Shown: positions 40,566 through 51,800, numbered from the stretch's first letter. The stretch: DNA of 64,000 bases from Nibricoccus sp. (GCA_047602425.1 JASGHG010000001.1:4192001-4256000); one strand, 5' to 3'. The notes: generated from the letters alone by a model not told the origin. Made by a program: numbers and translations.

Positions 40566-41945
40566 TTATTTTTTCAACGGCTCCAGTTTGTAGCCATCTT
40601 TGCCGTCGAGCATCGACCAGCCGGCGGCCGTGAGTTCGGCGCGGAGGGTGTCGGCGGCTTTGAAGTCTTTTGCTTTTTTTGCTGCCCAGCGTTTTTCGGC
40701 GAGAGCGGTAACTTCGGCGGGGACTTCAGCTTTCGGGGCGGCAGAAGTATTGAGATCCAGGCCGAGCGCGAACAACGCCTGATCGAAGGAGGCGAGGTCC
40801 GTTTCTTCCTCGTGGCGATTGACGATAGAGAAGAGTTCGCCAAGGGCCGCGGGCGTGTTGAGGTCGTCCTGAAGGGCGGTGATGACCGGGCCGAAAGCGT
40901 TCCGCGTCACACCCGACGTTGGCAAGGTCGCGCGGTAGGCGCGAAGCGTGGCGAGCGCCTTTTCCGCGGCGTGCAGTGTATCGAACGTGAAACTAAGCTG
41001 CTTTCGGGGATGGCCGGCAAGAAGGGCGTAGCGGAGGGCCATCGGGGAGAAACCTTTGGCCTTAATGTCGTCCAGCGTGTAGAGGTTGCCGAGCGACTTG
41101 GACATTTTTTTCCCATCCACGAGGAGGTGCTCGCTATGATACCAATGACGGACGAAGGGCTTGCCGTTGCAGCACTCGCTTTGGGCGATCTCATTCTCAT
41201 GGTGTGGAAAGAGCAAATCGACACCGCCCGAATGAAGATCGATCGTTTCGCCGAGGTGCTTTTTAATCATGGCGCTGCACTCAATATGCCAGCCCGGACG
41301 GCCGCGGCCCCACGGGCTGTCCCAGCCGTTTGCACCATCTTCGGATTTCCAAGCCTTCCAGAGCGCAAAGTCGGATCCGTCCTCTTTTTCGTCCGCGTCC
41401 ACCGCCTGCGATTTATGAGACAGGGCCGAACCAAGCTGGAGATCGCGTTCCTTAATCCGCGAGAGGCGGCCGTAGTTTTCGAACGACGACACTTTAAAAT
41501 ACACCGATCCATCCGGTGCACGATAAGCGTTTCCCTTCTTCATGAGCACGTCGATCATGTCGACCTGTTCGGGAATATGGCCGGTGGCGGTTGGTTCGCA
41601 ATCGGGCGTGAGCGGCAGGCAGTTGAGCGCGGCGCAATCGGCGTGAAATTTATTGGTCCACTGTGTGGTGACTTCAGTGAGCGAACGGCCTTCGTCGCGA
41701 GCGCGCTTGATCGTTTTGTCGTCCACATCGGTCAAATTGCGGACGTATTTCACTTTGTTCTCGCCGAATTCGAGAATGAGCAAACGGCGAAGCACGTCGT
41801 TGACGACGAAAGTCCGAAAATTGCCGATATGCCCCGCAGCATACACGGTGAGACCGCAATTATAGAAACGGAAAACGCCGTCCTGATGCGAGGGCGCGAG
41901 AATCTTGGGCTGGCGGGTTAACGAATCGAAGAGCGTGATGGGCAT
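40566..41945 (-). CDS. cysS: Cysteine--tRNA ligase
   Basis: HIGN, TDVDDK, DFALWK, GRPGWHIECS, FPHHENE and KMSKS. Confidence 0.98.
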   Translation of the reverse strand: MPITLFDSLTRQPKILAPSHQDGVFRFYNCGLTVYAAGHIGNFRTFVVNDVLRRLLILEFGENKVKYVRNLTDVDDKTIKRARDEGRSLTEVTTQWTNKFHADCAALNCLPLTPDCEPTATGHIPEQVDMIDVLMKKGNAYRAPDGSVYFKVSSFENYGRLSRIKERDLQLGSALSHKSQAVDADEKEDGSDFALWKAWKSEDGANGWDSPWGRGRPGWHIECSAMIKKHLGETIDLHSGGVDLLFPHHENEIAQSECCNGKPFVRHWYHSEHLLVDGKKMSKSLGNLYTLDDIKAKGFSPMALRYALLAGHPRKQLSFTFDTLHAAEKALATLRAYRATLPTSGVTRNAFGPVITALQDDLNTPAALGELFSIVNRHEEETDLASFDQALFALGLDLNTSAAPKAEVPAEVTALAEKRWAAKKAKDFKAADTLRAELTAAGWSMLDGKDGYKLEPLKK

Positions 41946-42054
41946 GTTTTGTAACCGCTAATGAACATGAAAGGACGCAGACACGAGCGAGTTTTTTTTA
42001 TCGTCGGGGGAATCTCTGTTGATTGTCCCGGCAGGGATTGGCTTGGTTGGGTAC

Positions 42055-43140
42055 ATGCGAGTGAACCTGCGTTTTCTGATGATCTTCGGCTGCATGATGG
42101 GAAGTGCGACGGCAGCGCCGACATCGAACCCGTTTGTGCCAGAGTTCAGGTTTTCGGAGCCGTTCAGCGCCACGCGCTTGGCGGCCGAACGGGCAGGACT
42201 GGCCCTCGATGGTTTCGCAGCACCGGACAAGAGATCGGAACTGATCGCTGGCGACACGATCACGGCGATTGTGACGCTGACTGAAAGCAATTCGGCCACG
42301 CAATGGATCGTGCAATTGAAGGCGGTTGATTTGACGGCCAAGGAAAAACAGGCGCCGGCACTCAGCCAGTGGCGGCTCTACACGACAACCGGCCGGGAGT
42401 TCGATTTCGCCGGGAAACTTGCGGCTTTGGAAATTCGAATGATCGGACCGGCCAAATCGAATGCCCCAACCGATGAAAAAGCCGCGCAAGGGGCGAAAGA
42501 TCGAAAGGTCCGGATTCAGGTGAATTCAGAATACCTTCGCCTCGGTTTCGATCGAGCATGCAAGGCATGGTTGCGAGTGCAGCAGCTCAAGGCGCACGAT
42601 GCTCTTTTTCTAAAGGAGAATCACGGCTGGGCGTGTAACAGCAGGAAATTTACCGCAGAGGAATTGGTTAAGGGAAAAAGAGATGGCGAGTTGATGGGCC
42701 TGACGGAAACCGAAGAACGTGCGATGGCGGGCACTCTGCCGGCGTTAGTGGCTTTTTTCGGCATCGCGCTTCAGACTTCGGAATTGCGTGATGTGCTGCG
42801 CGAAGTGGCTGAAATACCTTGGTGGCAGTTGGTCAAACATGGAGGCGAGCCGCAGATCAATATGATGTTCCTGCCACAGTTTGGGCAGGGTTGGCCGCAG
42901 GTGTGGCGACTGCCGGCGGGAGAAGGCGCGTGGTATTTCCCGGTGATTTTTAATTTGTTCGACAAGCCCGCGGTGGCTTGTCGCTTGGCTGTCACGGAGC
43001 CGAAGCCGCCGTTGCTGACCAGCGCTGGCATTATCGGTGTCGCGGCGCAGCGGCCCGACGGGAAAGGACCACATTTGATGATTCAGGTGATCGCGACGCG
43101 AGGTGCTTCGGAGAATTTGGAAAAGATTAGCGTGAAATAA
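42055..43140 (+). CDS. Hypothetical exported protein
   Basis: Long ORF with a signal-peptide-like N-terminus (ATA-AP); start uncertain (42055/42061). Confidence 0.7.
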   Translation: MRVNLRFLMIFGCMMGSATAAPTSNPFVPEFRFSEPFSATRLAAERAGLALDGFAAPDKRSELIAGDTITAIVTLTESNSATQWIVQLKAVDLTAKEKQAPALSQWRLYTTTGREFDFAGKLAALEIRMIGPAKSNAPTDEKAAQGAKDRKVRIQVNSEYLRLGFDRACKAWLRVQQLKAHDALFLKENHGWACNSRKFTAEELVKGKRDGELMGLTETEERAMAGTLPALVAFFGIALQTSELRDVLREVAEIPWWQLVKHGGEPQINMMFLPQFGQGWPQVWRLPAGEGAWYFPVIFNLFDKPAVACRLAVTEPKPPLLTSAGIIGVAAQRPDGKGPHLMIQVIATRGASENLEKISVK

Positions 43141-43183
43141 CCCAAATTCGCGGTTTAATTCTGGATCACTTCTCCCTTCGACC

Positions 43184-44200
43184 ATGGCTGAAAAATTTAA
43201 ACTCGATCTACCTATTCGTCCCCGTCGTCTGCGTCGCACGGCAGCTGTGCGGTCGCTGGTGGAGGAAACGGTGCTGCGTCCGGCGAATTTTATTGCGCCG
43301 CTATTTGTGGTGGACGGCAAGGGTGCGCCGGAGCCGGTCGGCTCAATGCCTGGGGTGGTGCGTCTCAATATTGTCGATCTGGTCAAGGAATGTCGGGTGC
43401 TCGCCAAGCGTGGCGTTCCCGCCGTGGCTCTTTTTCCGAAACTAGATGCCAGCTACAAAGATGAGCGTGGCTCGGCGGCCCTGCACGAGAACACACTGAT
43501 TGTTCGCGCGGTGCAGGCGGTGAAAAAGGCGTTGCCCGAGATGGTGGTGATGACGGACATCGCGCTCGATCCTTACACGAGCCACGGCCATGACGGACTT
43601 CTGACGAAGGACGGTCATGATCTGGCCAACGACGAAACGGTCGAGGTGTTGATGAAAATGGCTGTGCTGCACGCGCAGGCTGGCGTGGATTTTGTCGCGC
43701 CGTCGGACATGATGGACGGACGAATCGGTGCGATTCGCGGAGCGCTCGACACCGCTGGTTTTTCCGAGACGGCGATCATGGCTTATTCGTCGAAATTTGC
43801 CTCGGCGTACTACGGTCCATTCCGCGATGCGGTGGGCACGATGAAGATCGGCAAGGTCGCCGGGCCTTCCGACAAGCGTACCTATCAACTCAATCCCGCC
43901 AATCGCCGTGAGGCGATCACCGAGGCCTTGCTCGACGAGGCGGAAGGCGCGGATGTGGTGATGGTGAAACCCGCAGGTCCATATCTCGACGTGATTCGCG
44001 ACGTGCGTGAAGCCACGCGAATGCCGATTGCGGCGTATCAGGTCTCAGGGGAGTACGCACAACTGCATGCTGCGGCCAAGATGGGGTGGCTCGATCTGCA
44101 GAAGACGCGCCTCGAATCGTTGCTCGCGATCAAGCGGGCCGGCGCCGATATGATTTTGACCTACTTCGCGAAGGACGTTGCGGCGGAGTTGAAGGGGTAA
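43184..44200 (+). CDS. hemB: Porphobilinogen synthase (Asp-rich, non-Zn type)
   Basis: RPRRLR, DIALDPYTSHGHDG, SDMMDGR, MVKPA and AYQVSGEY. Confidence 0.97.
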   Translation: MAEKFKLDLPIRPRRLRRTAAVRSLVEETVLRPANFIAPLFVVDGKGAPEPVGSMPGVVRLNIVDLVKECRVLAKRGVPAVALFPKLDASYKDERGSAALHENTLIVRAVQAVKKALPEMVVMTDIALDPYTSHGHDGLLTKDGHDLANDETVEVLMKMAVLHAQAGVDFVAPSDMMDGRIGAIRGALDTAGFSETAIMAYSSKFASAYYGPFRDAVGTMKIGKVAGPSDKRTYQLNPANRREAITEALLDEAEGADVVMVKPAGPYLDVIRDVREATRMPIAAYQVSGEYAQLHAAAKMGWLDLQKTRLESLLAIKRAGADMILTYFAKDVAAELKG

Positions 44201-44220
44201 TTTTTTTGGTGCGGATTTTT

Positions 44221-44407
44221 GCCACGGAGGGCACAGAGCTCCGACACAGAGTTCACAGAGGACCGAAGAGGTGTAGTTTCTGGCATCGTACCCGATCTTT
44301 GCGTCAGAGCTCCTTGCGTGGACTAACCGCCTCAACGGCCAGACCAACATACGCCAACCTTGCGTACTCCCGCCGCCTCTGTGTCAGAGCTCAGTGCACT
44401 CTGGGGC
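44221..44407. repeat. MITE-like element with 31-bp terminal inverted repeats built of CACAGAG units
   Basis: 44221-44251 versus the reverse complement of 44377-44407: 26/31 identical. Confidence 0.8.
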
Positions 44408-44414
44408 GAGAATA

Positions 44415-45017
44415 TCAGAATGCTGATTTCGGCACTTGGATGGAATCGCCTGGCATGAGGCGCGGATCTTCCATCGGCGATTTTTGGGCGAGATGGGCGT
44501 CAATCGGGTAGGCGACGCGATCACGCACGAGGTTGATCCGCGTTTCCTTCGCGTAGAGGCTGAAACCGCCGGCGGCTTGCACGGCTTTGGTTAGGGTCAG
44601 GTCAGGCGTCCAAACGATGCGACCGGGGCGGGTGACTTCGCCGCCAACGTAAACGAAGCGTTCGGTCACCGAGACAGCGACATCGACCGTGGTGTAGATT
44701 TTTTTCGAAACGTAGGTTTCGCGAATTTTCTGAGACAGACCGGCGGTGGTTGTGCCAGCCGCGGTGACAGGGCCGATGTAGGGAAGCGTGACGAGGCCTT
44801 GTTCGTCCACCTGCACGGAATTTGCCGTGGGATCGGGCACGCCTTGCAGCGTGATGACAAGCGTGTCTCCGGGGCGGAGATTGGCGACGGAGCTGGCTTC
44901 GGGCAGTTTGGGATTGCCGCGGGTGGACGTGGCGGTGTTGCAGCCGGTGATGAACGCGCAAACGAGTGCGCAGATCAACGCTAGGGGAAACAGTCGATAC
45001 CGGGCAACGTGATGCAT
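44415..45017 (-). CDS. Polysaccharide biosynthesis/export lipoprotein (Wza-like, SLBB)
   Basis: Lipobox ITGC, LRPGD, VYVGGEVTRPG and LMPGDSIQVP. Confidence 0.88.
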   Translation of the reverse strand: MHHVARYRLFPLALICALVCAFITGCNTATSTRGNPKLPEASSVANLRPGDTLVITLQGVPDPTANSVQVDEQGLVTLPYIGPVTAAGTTTAGLSQKIRETYVSKKIYTTVDVAVSVTERFVYVGGEVTRPGRIVWTPDLTLTKAVQAAGGFSLYAKETRINLVRDRVAYPIDAHLAQKSPMEDPRLMPGDSIQVPKSAF

Positions 45018-45059
45018 GTTACGAGGTCGAGTTGAGCCAAACCCCGGTTAAATGCAACG

Positions 45060-45868
45060 TCACCGTTTCTTTTTCGCGCTGCGTTTCGGACGTTCGTCTT
45101 CCTCTTCGTCCTCATCTTCTTCGTCGTCGTCATCCGAGTCGTCGTCATCATCGTCGTCATCGGAATCTTCGTCGTCGTCAGATTTTTCTTCGTCCTCGTC
45201 GTCTTTATCTTCGTCGTCTTCGTCCCACTTGAGGGACTCGTCGTTCTTGAGTTTTTCTTCCTCTTCTTCGTCGAGTTCGGGTAGGTCGTCGTCTTCGTCC
45301 TCGATTTCCTTGGCGGGCTGTTCTTCGTCGGTGTCCCAACCGGCGGGCACGTAGTCGAGGATGGAGGTGATTTCTTCGAAGGAATGCACGGCTTTGCCTT
45401 CGATAAAACTGGTGTTTTGGTCTTCGCGGAGTTCGTCCTCGACCTCGTCGACGGTCAGCTTCGATTCGAAATCGAAGAGGTCGTTGAGCATCTTAACGCG
45501 GAGGCGGGTGAGATGGTCGAGCAGGTCGGCGAAGGGCCATTTTCCTCGTCGATGACGTCGGGGAGGGCGAAAAGTTTTTCGTCGGATTCGAAGATGGAGT
45601 CTTTCACGCGCTTGAGGCGGACACGGCCTTCGCCGAGGTCTTTTTCAATGCGGAAAGGAATAAACGCGGCCTCCATGATGTCCTGGTCGAAGCCGTAATC
45701 GCGGAGGGGCTCGATCAATTCAAGCAGATGAGCGACCTGACGCGGGTCGATGATACTGAGTCCATCAACGTCCCAGCGCACGGAGTCGCTGACTTCGTTG
45801 ACCCACCAGTTATGATCTTCACCGAGACGAACGCTGCACCAGTCGAGGATATTGGAGGATTTGGCCAT
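45060..45868 (-). pseudogene. Hypothetical protein with a long acidic tail, 1-bp frameshift near 45536 (probably a sequence error)
   Basis: Adding one C in GGC CCT TC joins MAKSSNILDW... to (PF)ADLLDHLTRLRVKMLNDLFDF...DDEEDEDEEEDERPKRSAKKKR. Confidence 0.75.
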
Positions 45869-46173
45869 GTTGTTGCTTAACTTTCGGAGCAAAAGGCCCG
45901 GGATTAAGCGGAGTCAAACCGGTAAATTGAAAATCTTGCGACTTTCTTGTGTCTGGTCTCCACCAGTCGTCCGGGCCGAAAATTGAACGCGGAGCGTGTT
46001 GTCGGCTTTTCGAAAAACAAGCACAAAAATGCGGGAATCGTGCGGAAAGTAGCAGGATGCGCATTTTTGCCGCGGGGACGAACGGCGGATGGGGGCCTTT
46101 TGGCGGGGTTATGGTGCAAACCGTTCGCGGGACGCCTTGATTTCTTGCCGGGGGTTTTCCACTGTGGCGAGTC

Positions 46174-47247
46174 ATGGGCATGATTTACGAAAAAGTTTTG
46201 CGTCCCGCCTTCTTCTCGCTCGGACCCGAGCGGGCTCACGAACTCGCCATGCAGGCCATGTCTTTGCTCGGGCATGTCCGGCCGCTGTGCTGGGCGATGG
46301 AACAGTTTAACCAATTGCCTGCGTCGAGCATGAAGCCAATCGAGGCCTTTGGACTGAAATTCCCCAATGCTGTCGGTTTGGCCGCTGGTTTCGACAAGAA
46401 CGCTGAGGGCTGGACGGCGGCGGCGGCTCTGGGCTTTGGTCATATCGAAGTCGGCACGATTACGGCGCAAGGTCAGCCCGGTAATCCACAGCCGCGCGTG
46501 TTTCGTTATCCCAAGGAAGAAGCGGTGATCAACCGTATGGGTTTCAACAACGAAGGCGCGGATCGCGTGGCTGCGCGTTTCGCGAAGCTGCCGAAGCCGG
46601 GCGAACGCCGCATTCCCGTTGGCATCAATCTGGGCAAAACCAAGGTGACGCCGCTGGAAAAAGCCGTGGGCGACTACCTCGCGAGTTTTGAGCGACTGGC
46701 GGACTATGCGGATTATCTCGTCCTCAATGTCAGCAGCCCCAACACGCCCGATCTGCGCAAGCTTCAGGACGAGGATCGTCTGCGCGAACTCCTCGGCGCC
46801 ATCATGGACGCCAATCGCGCGCGCCTCGACGCCGGCCGCAGCCGGAAGCCTGTTCTCCTGAAAATCGCGCCGGATCTCACTTTCCCGCAGATCGACTCGG
46901 TTCTTGCCGCTATCAATGAGTTCGGTCTCGATGGTATCATTGCGACGAATACAACCCTTGCGCGCCCCGGTTTCTTCGCGACGGTCGATCAGGCTGGCGG
47001 CTTGAGCGGCAAGCCCGTGCGCAAGCGTTCGACCGAGATCATCAATTACATCGCGCGCGCGACACACGGAAAATTGCCGATCATCGGCGTGGGCGGCATT
47101 CATTGCGCGGCGGATGCCGGCGAAAAACTCGATGCGGGCGCCACGCTTGTCCAGATTTACACCGGCATGATTTATCGCGGTCCATTCTTCGCCAGGGATC
47201 TGGCCTGGGCGCTTAATGCGCGTCAGGATAAGGACTGGGTGCGGTAG
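46174..47247 (+). CDS. pyrD: Quinone-dependent dihydroorotate dehydrogenase
   Basis: GLAAGFDK, NRMGFNN, NVSSPNT, KIAPD and GGLSG. Confidence 0.97.
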   Translation: MGMIYEKVLRPAFFSLGPERAHELAMQAMSLLGHVRPLCWAMEQFNQLPASSMKPIEAFGLKFPNAVGLAAGFDKNAEGWTAAAALGFGHIEVGTITAQGQPGNPQPRVFRYPKEEAVINRMGFNNEGADRVAARFAKLPKPGERRIPVGINLGKTKVTPLEKAVGDYLASFERLADYADYLVLNVSSPNTPDLRKLQDEDRLRELLGAIMDANRARLDAGRSRKPVLLKIAPDLTFPQIDSVLAAINEFGLDGIIATNTTLARPGFFATVDQAGGLSGKPVRKRSTEIINYIARATHGKLPIIGVGGIHCAADAGEKLDAGATLVQIYTGMIYRGPFFARDLAWALNARQDKDWVR

Positions 47248-47253
47248 GTGAGG

Positions 47254-47325
47254 GTGGAGGCCAGAAGCCGGAAGCCAGGAGCCAGAAGCCGGAAGTTGGA
47301 GGACGGAGGCCGGAAATCGGAGTTC
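47254..47325. repeat. Heptamer array (YCRGARG), same family as the hrpA insert
   Basis: CCAGAAG CCGGAAG CCAGGAG CCAGAAG CCGGAAG TTGGAGG ACGGAGG CCGGAAA ..., starting just after the pyrD stop. Confidence 0.85.
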
Positions 47326-47347
47326 GGGCGCTGGTGTCGAAAAAGGA

Positions 47348-47373
47348 AAGGCCGGCGTGGAAGCCGGCCTTCA
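47348..47373. terminator. Hairpin between convergent genes; REP-family relative and likely terminator
   Basis: AAGGCCGGC-GTGGAA-GCCGGCCTT; same loop as the 13812 hairpin; U-rich tail on the minus strand. Confidence 0.65.
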
Positions 47374-47395
47374 GGGAAAGCGGTGAAGAAGCGGG

Positions 47396-47728
47396 TCAGG
47401 CTTTTTTCACGAAGCAGGCTTTGAGCGCCATGGGAGTGCCGTCGATTTTGCAATCGATTTCATGATCGCCGTCGACGAGGCGGATATTTTTCGCCTTGGT
47501 TCCGCCCTTAAGCACGCCAGAGCCGCCGCGCAGCTTGAGATCCTTGATGAGAACGACGGTATCGCCGTCGACCAGCACGTTGCCGTTGGCGTCTTTGACG
47601 ATGCGGGCTGTTTCGGTTTCGGCGGCGGCTTCCTTGGGCCATTCATGGCCGCACGTGGCGCACTCCCAGTGATCGGAATGGCTGAGCACGTCTTCGAGGG
47701 TACAGGCAGGACAGGCGGGAGGTTTCAT
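47396..47728 (-). CDS. YjdM/PhnA-type zinc-ribbon protein
   Basis: CPAC...CATCGHEW, KDANGNVLVDGD, IKDLK and DHEIDCK. Confidence 0.92.
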   Translation of the reverse strand: MKPPACPACTLEDVLSHSDHWECATCGHEWPKEAAAETETARIVKDANGNVLVDGDTVVLIKDLKLRGGSGVLKGGTKAKNIRLVDGDHEIDCKIDGTPMALKACFVKKA

Positions 47729-47797
47729 CGTGAGCTTTCGATAGTGTAGCCTGTCAAATTGCGCGGCCAGCGCCGTTCAGCGCAAGCGAGGATTTTC

Positions 47798-48748
47798 TCA
47801 GGGCTTGGCTGGAATTGGGCTTCGCAGCGTGGCAATCAACGTGGCGGGAACTTCGATGATCGTGCCGTGGCGAACACCGGCGGGAATTTTGATTTTATCG
47901 GTCACATCCTCCCACGTTTTAAAATCCTTCGTGCGAACGGCGCCGTAGTGTTTGTCGCGGTAGCAATCGTAGAAGACGACGAAATTGTCGCCGACCTTGA
48001 TGGCGGTGGGACCTTCGACCCAATCGCGGGTGAAGGGCGCCGAGAGGTCGGTGTAGGGACCGTCGATTTTATCCGACGAGGCGATGCGAAGGTGTTTTTT
48101 CACCGGCACCCGAGTCTCGTCTTTTACGATTAGGTGGAAACGTTGGTTGTCCTTGAGCAATGTGGCGTCGATGACATTGAACCCGGGCTCGTAGAAGAGA
48201 CGAGTGGGAGTGAAAGTGACGAAATCCTTCGTGGTGGTGGCATACACACGATGGTTGTAGCCTTTGTCCTCGGCGATCTGGGTTTCCGGGAATTTGCCAG
48301 TGACAGTGGTGGACCAAAAAATGAGGAAATGTTTTTTGTCCTCGTCATAGGCGATTTCGGGTGCCCAGCAATTGCGCGTGCCGGGTTCGTCGACCATGAC
48401 GGGCAAGGCTTTTTGTTCGGACCAGTTGATCAAATCCTTGGAAGAAGCATAGCCAATGGTTTTGCCTTCCCACGCGGTCGTCCAGACAAGGTGAAACGTG
48501 CCGTCGGGACCGCGGAGCAGGCAAGGATCGCGCATGAGTTTGGACTCGCCGACCCGCGGCGTAAGATAGCTTTTGCCGTCGTTGAGAGCCTCGTAGGTGT
48601 AGCCGTCAGCACCGGCGGCAAGGTGCAGGCCGTCCTCGCCGTTTTTTACGAAGTAAGCGAAAAGGTAGGCGGTGGCGGATGGTTCGGCTGCGATGAGGCG
48701 AAGGGAAAACGCGAAGGCGATAAAGGCGAGCAGCAGCGGCTTTTTCAT
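47798..48748 (-). CDS. Secreted glycoside hydrolase family 43-like protein
   Basis: Signal peptide; MRDP, WAPE, VIDAT and VEGP beta-propeller motifs. Confidence 0.85.
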   Translation of the reverse strand: MKKPLLLAFIAFAFSLRLIAAEPSATAYLFAYFVKNGEDGLHLAAGADGYTYEALNDGKSYLTPRVGESKLMRDPCLLRGPDGTFHLVWTTAWEGKTIGYASSKDLINWSEQKALPVMVDEPGTRNCWAPEIAYDEDKKHFLIFWSTTVTGKFPETQIAEDKGYNHRVYATTTKDFVTFTPTRLFYEPGFNVIDATLLKDNQRFHLIVKDETRVPVKKHLRIASSDKIDGPYTDLSAPFTRDWVEGPTAIKVGDNFVVFYDCYRDKHYGAVRTKDFKTWEDVTDKIKIPAGVRHGTIIEVPATLIATLRSPIPAKP

Positions 48749-48823
48749 GAAAGATGCTTAAAGGAAAAGCACTGGGTCGTGCCAATCACTTCGTAAGTTG
48801 ACCGTCGGATTTTTCGCGGAGCT

Positions 48824-51800
48824 TCAGGGCGTGGCCGAAACCGGGGCGGGCGGCGTGTTGCCGTTGAGAATAGTGTGAGGAAGGAGCTTGGTGATGACTT
48901 CGAAAAACTCCGCAACCCTGATCGGCTTGGCCAAATGGGCGTCCATCCCGGCGGCGAGACACCGTTCTTCATCGCCTTTGAGCGAATGGGCGGTGAGGGC
49001 GACGATGGTGATATGACGGCCCGAGATTTTTTCGAGATTGCGGATCTGGCGCGTGGCTTCGAGGCCGTCCATCACGGGCATTTGTACATCCATGAGGACG
49101 AGATCGAACGGCTCCTGTTGATAACGGCTCAAGGCTTCGGCGCCGTCGCGAGCGATGGTGACAGCGTGGCCGGCCTTGGCGACAAAGGTGCTGGCGACCT
49201 TCAGATTGACGGCGTTGTCATCGACGAGAAGGACGCGCAGGGGCGTCATGCGGGGAAAAGGAGAAGACGCATTGGCGGTTACCGATTTATCGATGGTTCC
49301 CCCTGCTTCACGGAAAAGTTGCAGGAAGGTCTCGCGGATCTTGGCTTTGATGAGCGGACGCCGCAGCATGGTTTTGAAGCCGAGGTTGCTGAAAAAATCG
49401 CGCTCACTGGGCGTAGGATGCGGTGCGTAAAGAATGGTGGTGGCCGCACGAATGACGCCAGCTTCGAGGAGTTGAGACGCTGTGCAGCGCGGATCGCCGT
49501 TCTTTGGATTGGGCACTTGGTTGTCGATCAACGCGAAGTCGAAGGCGGCCGACTGCGGTCCTGCTTTGGCGAGCGAAATCGCCTCGGCGGCGCTGGCGGC
49601 GGTGACGGGACGCAAGCCCCAGAGGGCGGTAGCGGTGCAAAGCGTTTCTCGCAACGTGGCGTTGCTAACGAGTAGAAGAACGGTGTGGCCCGAGAATTCC
49701 TGTGCGCGAGGGGGAACGACGGTCCCGGGGCAGGCGGGCGGGAGCGGCAGGATGCAATTAAAACAGCTGCCCTGACCGAGGGTACTTTCGACCCAAATGC
49801 GACCGCCCATGAGGTGTACGAGTTTCCTTGTGATGGCGAGGCCGAGGCCAGTGCCGCCAAAGCGGCGGGTGGTGGAGTTATCAACCTGCTCGAAAGACTC
49901 GAAGATGGCTTCGTGCCGGTCAGCCGGGATACCGATGCCGGTGTCACTCACGCTCAGGCGCACCGCGTGGTCGATCGTGGCGGATTCCTCCAAGGCGATG
50001 CGCAAGACGATTTCGCCATGTTCGGTGAATTTCCTGGCGTTGCTGAGCAGATTGACGAGCACCTGCGTGAAACGGGAACTATCGCCAATCACCATGGATG
50101 GAACCCGCGGATCGATTTGATAAATAAGCGCGATGTTTTTATCCGGCGAACCGGCTCCAATTGTTTCCAGTGCGCTTTCGACACAATGGATGAGGTCAAA
50201 ACGTTCAGAAGTGAGCGTATATTTGCCGGATTCGATTTTTGAAAAATCGAGAATGTCGTTGATGATTTTGAGTAACGACTCCGATGAAGAATGTGCGGTC
50301 TTAAGATAGTCTCGGACCTCAGGTTCTTTGGCCGCATCGAGCGCAAGTTCGGTCATCCCGATAATGCCATTCATCGGTGTGCGAATTTCGTGACTCATGT
50401 TGGCGAGGAACTGGCTTTTGGCCTTGTTGGCGGTTTCGGCGGCGTCTTTCGCGGCGGCGAGGTCGCGGGTGCGTTCTTCCACGAGGCAGGCGAGGCGTTC
50501 CTCGCGCAAGCGATGTCGCCGGATGCGCCATTTGTAGATAAGGACGAGCGTGCCGCACAGGCTCAACGGCACCGCGATCCAGAACCAAACAGTCTGATAA
50601 TAGTAGGGGCGTATCTCGAACTCGAGGGCGGCGACCTCCGTGTTCCAGTCGGAGTTGAGATGTTTGGCGGCGACTTCGAAGTGATAATGGCCGGCGGGAA
50701 GATTTGAGTAGATGGCCTCGCGACGGTTGCCCGCGAGCACCCATTCGCTGTTGAAACCCACCAAGCGGTAGCGGAAAGAAATTCGTTCCGGCGTCGAAAG
50801 GTTTGGCGCTGTGTAATGGATTTGAATCTCATGTTTTCCCGGCGGAAGTTTTGAAAATTCGGCGGGCGTAATGGGGCGGCGGGAAAGCAGGACGTCCTCG
50901 ATGAAGACGGTGATTTGAGTCGATTTTCTGCGTATGCGCTTAGGATCGACCTGAGCCATGCCGAGGCGCATGGGAAACCAGTGGGAATTATCCTGGGAGC
51001 GAAAAGCATTGGGCACACTGCCGACATTCGGGCCGCCGAGGCGAAGGCCGTCGGATTCGCTGATTAGTTCTGTCGTAGGGTTTTGTTTTTGACCCGCCAG
51101 CGCCGCCTTTGCCTCACTGAAAGGGAGGCGCACCACGCCTTGAGTGCAGGCGATCCACAGATTGTCGTGATCGGCGCTCAGGCCGAAAGCGCGGCCGGAT
51201 TCCTGCGAAGAGAGCGGCACAACCTCGACTTTTTTGTTGGCGACACGCCGCAGAATCGGGTCGAAAGCGCAGGTCACCCAGATGGTTCCTTCCTCGTCCT
51301 CGCACAGGCCCGCGATGTCGTTATCCGTATTGTCGGTTGGCGCGATCACTTGCTCCAACTTGCCATCGTTGAGCACGCCCAAGCCGCCTCCACGCGTGCC
51401 GATCCAGAGTCGGTTGGAGCGATCGACCAGAAGATGCCGGATGTTACGACTAAAATTTCCGAGCGGAACTTCGGCAAAATTTTGTCCATTCCAGCGAAGC
51501 AATCCCTTGGACAACATGCCGGCCCAGACCACGCCGTTTTTGTCCACCGCGACCGTTCTCACTCGTCCGGAGGAAAGACCGATGGAAGCATCTTCAATTT
51601 TTCCTTGGGCGATCGTACTCAAGCGCCCGTTGGGGTAGGCCACCCAGACGCGGCCTTCCTTGTCTTCGGCTAGGGAAGTAATGCTGTCTTCGTAAAGGCC
51701 GGCGCTGGTGCGATAGTTTTCGATATTGCCCTCGTGGAAACGTGCAATGCCGGCGCCGTTTGTGCCGAACCAAAGGGCACCGTCCCGAGTCTGGATCACA

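Noticed and set aside
41845..41862. CysS CGLTVY instead of CGPTVY as a sign of inactivation
   Set aside because: All Zn ligands and the HIGN/KMSKS motifs are intact, and this position varies among CysRS.
45052..45354. Ser-rich plus-strand ORF
   Set aside because: It is the antisense image of the GAC/GAA/GAG-rich acidic tail.
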